Virus record (IMG/VR): IMGVR_UViG_2933088407_000001
Location: 24,120-88,119 of that record
Strand: one strand, 5' to 3'
Origin: a virus
Lineage: Duplodnaviria > Caudoviricetes
DNA: 64,000 bases
In this document: positions 56,121 through 64,000 of the stretch, in pieces
Position numbering within the stretch: the stretch's first letter is position 1
Layout of the letters: the number at the start of each line of letters is the position of its first letter
Notes under the pieces: generated by a model
The model's database searches: none
The model's input: only the letters and a program-made list of their open reading frames with translations
Told to the model about the DNA's origin: nothing
Made by a program: the position numbers and the translations under genes

Positions 56121-56306
56121 ATGACCACCGCCCTCCAGCCCCTGCCCACCACCCCCGAACAGCTCATCGACCTCGTCATCAACCAGCCGGCAGGAACCGA
56201 CCTGCACGCGCAGCTCTCGGCCCAGGTCGGCGGCCGCCAGGCCAGGCGCATCCTCGCCCGCACCCACGGCCTGATCGCGGACCGCCTGTGGGCCGAAGCA
56301 GCCTGA
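56121..56306 (+). CDS. hypothetical protein
   Basis: AAGGAG RBS. Confidence 0.6.
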   Translation: MTTALQPLPTTPEQLIDLVINQPAGTDLHAQLSAQVGGRQARRILARTHGLIADRLWAEAA

Positions 56307-56412
56307 ACCCCTGTGCCCCGGACTCCCCCAGCCGGGGCACAGGTCTACCCAGACCCGGGCAACACCCGCGCGATACCGCGAAACCATGGACACCCGCCCC
56401 AAGGAGCCCCGA

Positions 56413-56802
56413 ATGCCGCTCGACATGACCGGCGACGCACGCCACAACCCCAGCGTCCACTACCGCCGCTACCTCGACCGCGACAACAAGGTCACCATCG
56501 TCTGCGTCCAGAACTTCGACTACTACGACTACGACGCCTCCCGCTTCGCTGACTACGCCAGCTTCGACACCGATCTCGAAGCCCAGTACGCACCCATCAG
56601 CCCCGACGACGCCCTCGACGCCGCACGCGAACTCCCCGGAGACCGCGTCGCGGCCGCCCAAGCAACGCGGCTCGCAAGCGCCATCCGCATCCACAACACC
56701 CTCGCCGACGGCAACCAGGCCCTCCTGCAGCACCTGGACGAGGTCATCGACGTGGAAGCCGGCCTGCGTCAAATCCTCGACCACGGCAAGGAGCAGCAGT
56801 GA
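56413..56802 (+). CDS. hypothetical protein
   Basis: AAGGAG RBS; coupled to the next gene. Confidence 0.65.
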   Translation: MPLDMTGDARHNPSVHYRRYLDRDNKVTIVCVQNFDYYDYDASRFADYASFDTDLEAQYAPISPDDALDAARELPGDRVAAAQATRLASAIRIHNTLADGNQALLQHLDEVIDVEAGLRQILDHGKEQQ

Positions 56803-57407
56803 CCGACGACCTGCGGCAGCGCATCGCCGATGCCTTCTATGACACCTACGGCCAGCAGAACCGCGACCGCTCCCGCGCCATCGCCGAAGCGTCCCTCGCC
56901 GCCGTCCAGCCCGAACTGGACGAGCTGCTGCACTACCGGAACGCCATCGTCTGGGAAACGTCCTGCCTGTCCTGCTCCCGCATCCTCGACAACGCACGGG
57001 CGCGGGAAGAGGAACTGGAGCGGAACATCGACTACCTCAAGCGGAACATCCGCAGGTCCCGGGACCAGGTAGATGGCTACGACCAGGATCTGGCAGCAGC
57101 TAAGGCCGCCATCGACCGGGCCCGCGCATTGCACCGTCCCGTCAAGCACCTTGGCCGAACGATCTGCGTTGACTGCTCCGCCTGGGACGGCAAGGGGTCA
57201 ACCGATAACTCGCCCGTCGACTACGACCAGTGCGCCACCATCCGCGCCCTCGACGGGCCAGCCGAGCAGCCCCTGTGTGCCGAATGCGGGCACCCGCAGG
57301 ACGAGCACGAAGACGCCGACGAGCCCGTATCCGTCGGCCTCTGCAAGACCTGCGACGCGAAGGGCAGCGACGACGCCTGGCACGACTACGAACCCGAGGA
57401 GGCCTGA
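56799..57407 (+). CDS. Cys-rich coiled-coil hypothetical protein
   Basis: CxxC motifs, coiled coil, ARALHRP..C..C...C.TIRALD. Confidence 0.65.
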   Translation: MTDDLRQRIADAFYDTYGQQNRDRSRAIAEASLAAVQPELDELLHYRNAIVWETSCLSCSRILDNARAREEELERNIDYLKRNIRRSRDQVDGYDQDLAAAKAAIDRARALHRPVKHLGRTICVDCSAWDGKGSTDNSPVDYDQCATIRALDGPAEQPLCAECGHPQDEHEDADEPVSVGLCKTCDAKGSDDAWHDYEPEEA

Positions 57408-58255
57408 TGGCCCGCCTGACGTCAGTGCCCGCACCCGCCAAGGCGGACAGGCCGAAGCGCAGCTACGCGGAGCGGATCAGCGCCATCTACGAGGACCCCC
57501 GCGTCGGCCACGAAGCCCGCGAACTGCTGCTCGCTGTGAGCTACGGCATCCAGCAGGCGGCGGAGAGCGGCGTCAACCCCCTGAAGACCGCCCGCCGAGT
57601 CCTGGGCCGCGACAGTGCCGGCCAGCTCCGCTACAGGCTGCTCGTGAAAGCCGACGCCCCCCGCTACGAACCACCGCGCGAAGCCGGTAACTGGGGCCCG
57701 TCCGGAGCGCCAACCTGTGAGGCGCCGCGCCTCCGCCCGTACAAGCCCCGGGGCTACATTCCGCACAACAAGCCCGACCCGACACTGCCCGAGCCCACAC
57801 CCATCCGGCAGCCCGTCATCCCGCCTGACATCGCGGCCTTCGTTGCCGCCTTTCAAGCGCAGGGCGGGGTAACCCACCGCCCGCCGCGGGATTGGCGCAC
57901 CGAGGACGGCGTATGCGGCGCCCAGTCTCACCACCGTGTTCTGGAGAAAGACCCGCGCACCGGCTGGACGATTCCGCACTGGTTCTGCAAGCGGCACAAG
58001 GGCCACGCTGACCGCGTCGCCGCACAGGTCCGTGAGCAGAACGAGCAGGCTCCCGAGCCGATCCCGAACCGTGGCGGACTGTTGGGCTGCTACTTCCAGG
58101 CGGACTGGGAGACGGTCTACCGGCACTATCTGCCGGGCTGGACGGTCCCGTCGTACGGACTGTGCGCAGACGACTGGCCGGCGCCTGAATCCGCGGTGAA
58201 GCGTGGGCGCCTTCGCGTGCTGGTCAGCAGTGTCGATACCGGCGGCGGCATGTAA
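57407..58255 (+). CDS. hypothetical protein
   Basis: TGATG coupling, GGAGG RBS, C..C..WFCKRH. Confidence 0.7.
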   Translation: MARLTSVPAPAKADRPKRSYAERISAIYEDPRVGHEARELLLAVSYGIQQAAESGVNPLKTARRVLGRDSAGQLRYRLLVKADAPRYEPPREAGNWGPSGAPTCEAPRLRPYKPRGYIPHNKPDPTLPEPTPIRQPVIPPDIAAFVAAFQAQGGVTHRPPRDWRTEDGVCGAQSHHRVLEKDPRTGWTIPHWFCKRHKGHADRVAAQVREQNEQAPEPIPNRGGLLGCYFQADWETVYRHYLPGWTVPSYGLCADDWPAPESAVKRGRLRVLVSSVDTGGGM

Positions 58256-58644
58256 CGCCCCAGTGTCATGTGCGGGGTTCGCGTGCAGGCCGGGCCCTGG
58301 TGGGTGTGAATCCCGTGATGGCCACCGCTCCACTCGAACGAGCGATGGAATCAGGCGAAGGCTGGGTGATACATCTAGTCAATAAGACAGGTGCACTTCA
58401 CGCCACACCCCTTACGTGCGCTTGGCGGGCCACCGGCAGGCTGCGAACTACCGACGACCCGCCCAAGCGGACAGACCACCGCCCGAGACTGCTGAACCCG
58501 GGCGGCTAGCGGCATACGCGACCGCCGCACCCCAAGCATGAATGAACAATCAACCAAATACATCTGGCGGGTTTTCACCGGAAAAACCGCCCCACAAACA
58601 CCCCTACCGCCCAACAGGCCTCACGTGATAACGGGAGAACACCC

Positions 58645-59517
58645 TTGGACGCCACGTCCCTCCAAACCCTGCTCGTCAAGCACCGCAGCCTCATCGACCC
58701 CGAAGTCCACGGCCTGTCCCGCCCCACCCGGCAAGGCCGCCGCGCACCAGGGCTCTCGCAGCAGCAGATGGACGGACTCCTCCACCGCACCGGCGGCACC
58801 TACGCCCGCCTCGAAGCCGGCCGCCACAAGAACCCGTCCATAGAACTCCTCCGCGACGTCGCCCTCATCCTCGTCATGTCCGAGCAGGAGTGGGTGGCTC
58901 TGTGCCGCTACGCGCGCGGCGAAGACCCGCCCTCAGCTCTCCGCCCCCGCTCAGGCAAGATCGTGCCCGGGATGTGGAAGGACGCCGTCGACGGCATCTC
59001 CCACATGGCGTACGTGACGGACTGCTCCTACAACCTGCTGTGCCACAACCAGGCGTTCGCCGGCCTGTTCCCCGAGACGGGCCCGCCGGGCAACATGATG
59101 CGGGGCATGCTCCTCGAGGACACGTTCCGCGGCACCCTCCCCGACCCCAGGCGCGGCAGCACCGCCCGGCCAGGCATCCTCACCGACTGGGCCACCGTCT
59201 GGGCCCCCTACGTCCTGCCCCAGCTCCTCGCCGCCCGCGCGCTGATGCCCGACGACCCGATCCTCAAGGCCATTGAGCACGACGTCCGCGACGACCCCCG
59301 CACCGGACCCATCTACGCATCCGGCACCGCCACCCAGGTCCACCCCGACGGCAACGAACGCCCCCTGCTGCACCCGACGCTGGGCCCGAGCTGGGTCAAC
59401 ATCTGCGCCGCGGGCCCGCTGTCGTCTCCGAACTCACGCCTCATGATCGTGATGGTGTACCCGGGCGAAGAGCAATCCCACGGCCGGCTCCCGCACCTTT
59501 ACGCCAAGGTGTCGTGA
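58645..59517 (+). CDS. MmyB-family XRE regulator with C-terminal PAS-like ligand-binding domain
   Basis: GRRAPGLSQQQM..YARLEAG HTH; AYVTDCSYNLLCHNQAFAGLF..NMMR..L..DW..W..LHPTLG MLTR_LBD pattern. TTG start after GGGAG. Confidence 0.88.
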   Translation: MDATSLQTLLVKHRSLIDPEVHGLSRPTRQGRRAPGLSQQQMDGLLHRTGGTYARLEAGRHKNPSIELLRDVALILVMSEQEWVALCRYARGEDPPSALRPRSGKIVPGMWKDAVDGISHMAYVTDCSYNLLCHNQAFAGLFPETGPPGNMMRGMLLEDTFRGTLPDPRRGSTARPGILTDWATVWAPYVLPQLLAARALMPDDPILKAIEHDVRDDPRTGPIYASGTATQVHPDGNERPLLHPTLGPSWVNICAAGPLSSPNSRLMIVMVYPGEEQSHGRLPHLYAKVS

Positions 59518-59603
59518 ACCTGCAACCTCGCCAAGGGCATTCCGTATCGTTTTCAACCGTAGGGTAAAACCCTCGCTAAACACATGATGCGGAGTGCCCC
59601 CTG

Positions 59604-60653
59604 ATGCCCACTCACGTCTCACGCCCCGCAATAGCCAAGGCCAAGCACCTGGCCACCGCTGATCAAACCTGCGACAACATCACCCTGCACCACGCGGATC
59701 ACCCCAAACTGGGCACCGCGCTGCGCCTGGTCCGCAACACGGGCGTCGAGACCCGCTACCTCCACCACCCCCTCGACTCCGAGCAGATCTCCGGCAGCCT
59801 CGGCATCGCCGACCGCAACCAGCAGGCATGGAACGACGCCGCCACCCTCGCCGAGAAGGCCGCGACACGGGCCCTCGAGAACGCCGGCCTCCGGCCACAC
59901 GACATCGACGCCATCGTCACCAGCAACACCACCAGCTGGGCGAGCCCAGGCCTCGACGTCCACCTCGTCGAAACCCTCCGCCTCCGCCCCGACGTCCGGC
60001 GTATCGCCCTCGCCACCGTCGGCTGTATCGGCGGCGCCCAGGCCCTCACCCGCGCCGCGGACCTCGTTGCGGCGCACCCGGGTAGCCGCGTCCTCGTCGT
60101 CGTGTCCGAGGCGCTGTCCACGATCTATCATCACGCGGACAGCGCGCTGGAGTCGATGATCTACAAGGCTCTGTTCGGCGACTCCGCCGGCGCCTGCGTC
60201 GTCTCCGCCGACCAGCTCACAACCGGTATGCGCATCGAAGACACCTGGGAATACCTCCTCCCCAACTCCCGCGACCGCTACTGGGGTCGCATCGACGAGC
60301 TGGGCATTCACTTCGACTCCACCCGCGCCGCCACCGAGGCACCAGGGGACGCTATGCCCGCCCTGGTGGAGTGGCTGAAGGGCCGCGACGCCACCAACCC
60401 GGACTGGACAGTCGTCCACGCCGGCGGGCCCGCCATCCTCACCGCGGCACAGCAAGGCCTCGACCTCACCGACACCCAGCTCGCCCACTCCCGGGCCAGC
60501 CTCCGCGAGGTCGGCAACCTCGGCGGTATCAGCGTCCTGGACGTCCTCGCCCGCACGTACGCCAGCCCACCCGCCAACCGCGACAAGGGCGTGATGCTGG
60601 CCTACGGGCCCGGGTTCACCACCGCCGCACTCACCGGCACCTGGACCGCCTGA
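59604..60653 (+). CDS. type III polyketide synthase (RppA/PhlD-like)
   Basis: Catalytic Cys-His-Asn in TVGCIGG, VHAGG, VGNLG; also NTGVETRY, ALFGD and AYGPGFT. Confidence 0.92.
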   Translation: MPTHVSRPAIAKAKHLATADQTCDNITLHHADHPKLGTALRLVRNTGVETRYLHHPLDSEQISGSLGIADRNQQAWNDAATLAEKAATRALENAGLRPHDIDAIVTSNTTSWASPGLDVHLVETLRLRPDVRRIALATVGCIGGAQALTRAADLVAAHPGSRVLVVVSEALSTIYHHADSALESMIYKALFGDSAGACVVSADQLTTGMRIEDTWEYLLPNSRDRYWGRIDELGIHFDSTRAATEAPGDAMPALVEWLKGRDATNPDWTVVHAGGPAILTAAQQGLDLTDTQLAHSRASLREVGNLGGISVLDVLARTYASPPANRDKGVMLAYGPGFTTAALTGTWTA

Positions 60654-60782
60654 CCGATCCGCCGGCGCCCTGTGCCACCCTTGGCACTGCCCGGCGGGAC
60701 CGCGCCGAAGGAAGCCGATGCGACCGCCGGGCCCCACCACGCACAGGGGCAATGCCCGGCCGAATCCGCGCCAGCATGAAGC

Positions 60783-61070
60783 ATGGCCCCTTCCCCCGAA
60801 CCACAGCCCGGCGACTGGCACGAAACCCTCGTCGACCTCCTCGCCATGGACCGCGGCATACCCGAGGACCGCGCCCGCCGTTTCCTCGCCCGGTACGCCG
60901 AAGAGGCGCGCGCCTCCGCCCCAATCCCCAGCGAGCAGCGCTCCGATGCGCTGGCCGCCATCGACCGGGTTCAGGCCGTCGCCCGGGATTGGGAGTTCAT
61001 GAGCGGCCGCACCGCAGCCCGCAACGAACTCCTCGCCGCACTCAACGGACCCAGCGGGGAGCAGCGGTGA
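60783..61070 (+). CDS. hypothetical protein
   Basis: Leaderless start behind GGGGCAATGCC-N15-CAGCAT. Confidence 0.6.
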   Translation: MAPSPEPQPGDWHETLVDLLAMDRGIPEDRARRFLARYAEEARASAPIPSEQRSDALAAIDRVQAVARDWEFMSGRTAARNELLAALNGPSGEQR

Positions 61071-61192
61071 GTGACCGTGCGTGCAGCCTCGTCGGCGCGC
61101 TCATCGGCGTCACGGCCGGCGCCGTCCTCACCCTGGCCGCGGCACGCGCCGCCGTCGACTGGGTTATCGCCCAAGCTGCAAAGGCCGACTGA
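61067..61192 (+). CDS. small membrane peptide
   Basis: GTGA coupling; single TM segment. Confidence 0.45.
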   Translation: MSDRACSLVGALIGVTAGAVLTLAAARAAVDWVIAQAAKAD

Positions 61193-61202
61193 GGCGGTTG
61201 GC

Positions 61203-61394
61203 TCAGCTATCGGTGTCAGGTTCCGGTCGACATGGAGGGTTCGCGTCGGGGCGTCGGACGTACCACTCCATGAATAAGCGCAGTTCGGCCGATCGGTCGC
61301 TGTCGACACTTGCTGCTGCTGCTCCGAAGTCCTTCCAGAGCTGGTCAGGGATCCGACGGATCCCACGAAGTTTCTCGCTGTGCACGTTGGCCAT
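61203..61394 (-). CDS. RHH (Arc/MetJ-like) repressor
   Basis: RGIRRIPDQLWKDFGAAA..DRSAELRLFMEWY. Confidence 0.7.
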   Translation of the reverse strand: MANVHSEKLRGIRRIPDQLWKDFGAAAASVDSDRSAELRLFMEWYVRRPDANPPCRPEPDTDS

Positions 61395-61410
61395 GGAATG
61401 AATCCTCGCA

Positions 61411-61471
61411 GGGTGGTTGACCACCCGTCAAGCGTGTGTCATTCTAAGCACATCAAGGTGGTTAACCACCT
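61411..61471. promoter_or_regulatory. two palindromic operators between divergent genes
   Basis: GGGTGGTTGACCACCC (61411-61426) and perfect AGGTGGTTAACCACCT (61456-61471). Confidence 0.7.
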
Positions 61472-61508
61472 CTGATCAGCAGAAGCACCACCAACCGGGG
61501 AGGGCCAC

Positions 61509-61850
61509 ATGACCGCCACCATCGAGACCGGCACCATCGTCCGATGCCCCAAGCGCGTCGACGGTCAGATCGTGGGCACCCGCAAGGCCGTCGTCCTCGG
61601 CCTGTTCAACCCCAACGACCCCAACAGCGGATACGGCGTCTGGTTCTACACCGCCGGCCCCGCCGACACCGGCACCCTCACCCTCGCCTTCGAGCGCGAG
61701 CTCACCCCCGTTGGAACGATCGAGGACATGTCCGAGCGCACCCTGCTCAACCTCGAGCGCGACGGCCGCAACTTCTCAGGCGCCCACGCCCTGCGCATGA
61801 AGGCCAGCACCCTCCGCCTCCGCAAGGCCAGCGCTCGTCGCGGCTACTGA
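61509..61850 (+). CDS. hypothetical protein (SH3-like beta N-terminus)
   Basis: GGGAGG RBS; followed by hairpin CGCCTGCCCC/GGGGCAGGCG. Confidence 0.7.
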   Translation: MTATIETGTIVRCPKRVDGQIVGTRKAVVLGLFNPNDPNSGYGVWFYTAGPADTGTLTLAFERELTPVGTIEDMSERTLLNLERDGRNFSGAHALRMKASTLRLRKASARRGY

Positions 61851-61914
61851 TCGCGCCCCGGCGCCTGCCCCCAGGGGCAGGCGTCTCTATCAGCCACTGG
61901 CATCAAGGAGCGGT

Positions 61915-63351
61915 ATGGGAGCCCTGAATGGAACCCCAGAACAGCACGGTCACGCGGGCTTCCCTCACCCCACGGACCGGCTGGCCGGGCGTCTCGTAGA
62001 CCACCTCGCGCGCCGCATAGGCCACCAAGCCGCAGTGTCCTGGGTCCACGCGGGAGCCGTGCTGTGGTGGACCAACTCGCACAATCTGTTTCCCGGCGCT
62101 ACACCAGCGTCAACCGCAGACGGTATACGCGAAGGCGTCAAACGCCTCGCGGAAGCACACCCATCTCTCAATGGGTTCGCCGACCCGCAACAAACCGCCC
62201 TATGGAACGCAGGCATCGAAGACACTGAGGCGCAAGCGATCCACGAACTGTGGGAAAAACACCCTCCAGCGGACCCTCCATGCAGGCCACATGGCTACCT
62301 ACTCGGCAACGCCTACCAGGCCCTGTCCGAGGAGTCCCGCAAGCACCGCGCACTGGCCCAAACCCCGCGCTACATCACCGACCTGCTCCTGGACCTGGCA
62401 TTCCACCCTGCCGCAGCCCGCTGGGGCATGGACAGCTTCCAGGCCATCGACCCTTCATGCGGAACAGGTCACATCCTGTACGAGATGCTGGCCGCTGCGC
62501 AGGCGTGGACGCCTGGCGGACGCCGAACCGAGCGTCTCATGCAGCCCGGCGAGCGGCTGGAGCGTGCCCTCCACGTGGTGCACGGGGTGGACCTGGACCC
62601 GTATGCGGTGCTGATAGCCAGGCTGCGGCTGGTCGCCGCGGCCACCCTGTGGCTGAGTGCGAATCGCGTTAACCATCCGACGCTGCCGGACCGTATGCCC
62701 GATGATTGGCCGGTCAACGTGACCGCAGCGGACACCCTTCTGGACCGGACCGAGCCCCTGCTGGAGCGCGGCCGATATCACGTCGTGGTGGGCAATCCGC
62801 CATACGTGACACCGAAGACCGCTGAGCAGCGAGATGCGGTGCGTGCCTCGTACCCACAGGTGTGCCATATGAAGTACGCCCTGTCGTTGCCGTTCCACCA
62901 GCTAATGACTGACCTCCTCGTCCCGGGCGGGTGGTGCGCACAGCTGACCGCAAACTCCTTCATGAAGCGGGAGTTCGGTCGGCGATTCGTTGAGGAGTAC
63001 CTGCCGCGACAGGACCTGCGCTGGGTGATCGACACGGCCGGCGCCTACATTCCCGGCCACGGAACCCCAACGGTGATCCTCGTCCACCGCAACCAAGCAC
63101 CGGTCGGCGACACCGTATCTGCGGTACTCGGTATCCGCGGCGAGCCGGCAAAGCCAGAGGACCCCTCACGCGGCGTGGTGTGGCAGAGCATCGCCAGCAA
63201 GGTACGGGAGAAGCTGGCGTTTCAGAGACTGGCGGCCGCCGCAGAGCGCGAGATAGGGCCAGAGCCAAAGTCCCCGCCAGTCATCGAGCCGAGCGTGAAG
63301 GTCGTGAAACAGCTGTCTCTGTTCGGCGAATCACTGGCAGACGCAGCCTGA
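61915..63351 (+). CDS. N6-adenine DNA methyltransferase, truncated BREX-2 PglX-like
   Basis: Motif I IDPSCGTGHIL, motif IV VVGNPPY, and PglX-type strings TANSFMKREFG, IDTAGAYIPGHGTPTVIL, RGEP..PEDP..G.VW. Only 478 aa. Confidence 0.85.
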   Translation: MGALNGTPEQHGHAGFPHPTDRLAGRLVDHLARRIGHQAAVSWVHAGAVLWWTNSHNLFPGATPASTADGIREGVKRLAEAHPSLNGFADPQQTALWNAGIEDTEAQAIHELWEKHPPADPPCRPHGYLLGNAYQALSEESRKHRALAQTPRYITDLLLDLAFHPAAARWGMDSFQAIDPSCGTGHILYEMLAAAQAWTPGGRRTERLMQPGERLERALHVVHGVDLDPYAVLIARLRLVAAATLWLSANRVNHPTLPDRMPDDWPVNVTAADTLLDRTEPLLERGRYHVVVGNPPYVTPKTAEQRDAVRASYPQVCHMKYALSLPFHQLMTDLLVPGGWCAQLTANSFMKREFGRRFVEEYLPRQDLRWVIDTAGAYIPGHGTPTVILVHRNQAPVGDTVSAVLGIRGEPAKPEDPSRGVVWQSIASKVREKLAFQRLAAAAEREIGPEPKSPPVIEPSVKVVKQLSLFGESLADAA

Positions 63352-63362
63352 TCGACAGACCT

Positions 63363-63435
63363 GCCCGGGTGGCGCAGCGGCAGACGCGACCGCCTTAAAA
63401 GCGGACCCCCGCGGGTTCGAATCCCGCCCCGGGCA
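63363..63435 (+). tRNA. tRNA-Leu(UAA)-like (reads UUA; bldA-type anticodon) with short variable loop
   Basis: Acceptor GCCCGGG/CCCGGGC with A73; Leu-like D arm GCG..GGCAGA.CGC; anticodon stem CCGC/GCGG with loop CT-TAA-AA; T arm GCGGG-TTCGAAT-CCCGC. Confidence 0.85.
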
Positions 63436-63462
63436 CCCACCACCCCGCCCCAGGAGGACACC

Positions 63463-64000
63463 TTGAGCCTCAACCCCATCACCGAAATCCTCCGACACGG
63501 CTACTCCCTCGACGACCTCGACCGCCTCACCCGCACCGCCCTAGTCATCGACCGCTGGCGCAACGACATCAACACCGCAGACCGATACGCCGCCATCCAC
63601 TTCGCCATCACCGAACAGATCCTCACCGCGGACCAGCCGCCCGCCAGCGGCGACCTGATCGCCTGCGGCAGGCAAGCAGCCAACCGCTACGTCCGCACCC
63701 AGATGCACCACCACGGCTACGACCAACGCGACGCAGCCGCCGGCCCCCGAGCACTGCCCGGATATCAGCGGTACTGGCAGCAATCCGGCCACACCCCCTG
63801 GGACGAACGCCTAGTGGAGTCCCTAACCCTCGCGCAGATCTGGCCGCACCTCACCCTCGCCCAGCAGCAAGCCGTCATGGCCCTCGCTCTCACCGGCGAC
63901 CACCAGGAAGCCGCCGACTCCCTAGGACTGACGCTGACCGCGTTCTCCGGGCGGCTCAAGAAGGCCCGCGGCCGGGTATTCGCGCTCTGGTACGAGCACG
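63463..64000 (+). CDS. sigma-70 region-4-like DNA-binding protein, partial
   Basis: Read manually: TTG after CAGGAGG, ...IWPHLTLAQQQAVMALALTGDHQEAADSLGLTLTAFSGRLKKARGRV (sigma-4 HTH pattern). Runs off the right edge. Confidence 0.65.
   Translation, partial: MSLNPITEILRHGYSLDDLDRLTRTALVIDRWRNDINTADRYAAIHFAITEQILTADQPPASGDLIACGRQAANRYVRTQMHHHGYDQRDAAAGPRALPGYQRYWQQSGHTPWDERLVESLTLAQIWPHLTLAQQQAVMALALTGDHQEAADSLGLTLTAFSGRLKKARGRVFALWYEH

Larger units (their letters stand above)
1..64000. mobile_element. Streptomyces-type siphoviral prophage / phage-plasmid with conjugative transfer region (both ends outside the window)
   Basis: Complete head-tail-lysis gene order, FtsK-like TraB, Rep with iterons, Cre-like recombinase, very high GC, and no housekeeping genes. 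Confidence 0.92.

Noticed and set aside
63394-63400. Reading the anticodon as UUA (ochre suppressor)
   Set aside because: The stem CCGC/GCGG fixes a 7-nt loop CUUAAAA with U33 and anticodon UAA.
63363-63440. tRNA as the host integration site or prophage boundary
   Set aside because: Phage-like genes continue on both sides and no duplicated 3' tRNA fragment was seen in the window. It cannot be excluded without flanking sequence.

Overview
The whole window is a GC-rich, Streptomyces-type temperate siphovirus that also behaves like a conjugative plasmid (a phage-plasmid). No host housekeeping genes or att boundary are visible. Minus strand, about 31.6 kb down to 3.1 kb: a complete virion and lysis operon, running terS, terL, portal, scaffold, head decoration, major capsid, head-tail connectors, major tail protein, tail assembly chaperone with a -1 frameshift, tape measure, Dit/Tal/minor tail genes, papain-like peptidase, amidase-LysM endolysin, holins and a collagen-SGNH protein. 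Left end: a Cre-like tyrosine recombinase and an endonuclease VII-domain gene. 33-43 kb (minus): a Streptomyces plasmid-transfer region with an FtsK-like TraB, spread-like membrane proteins and many small genes. 43-46 kb: Xis-like DNA-binding paralogues, a GIY-YIG nuclease and a replication initiator with four internal palindromic iterons. 46-64 kb: accessory cargo, including an XRE/isochorismatase/FAD-oxidoreductase cassette, an RHH-Doc toxin-antitoxin pair, a metzincin, an MmyB-like regulator paired with a type III polyketide synthase, a truncated BREX-2 PglX-like methyltransferase, a UUA-decoding (bldA-type) tRNA with a short variable loop, and a sigma-factor-like gene. A recurring promoter-like motif, GGGGCAAYRCC-N15-NAnnnT, precedes the structural operons and several cargo genes. 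All family assignments were made by eye from motifs; no database searches were run.
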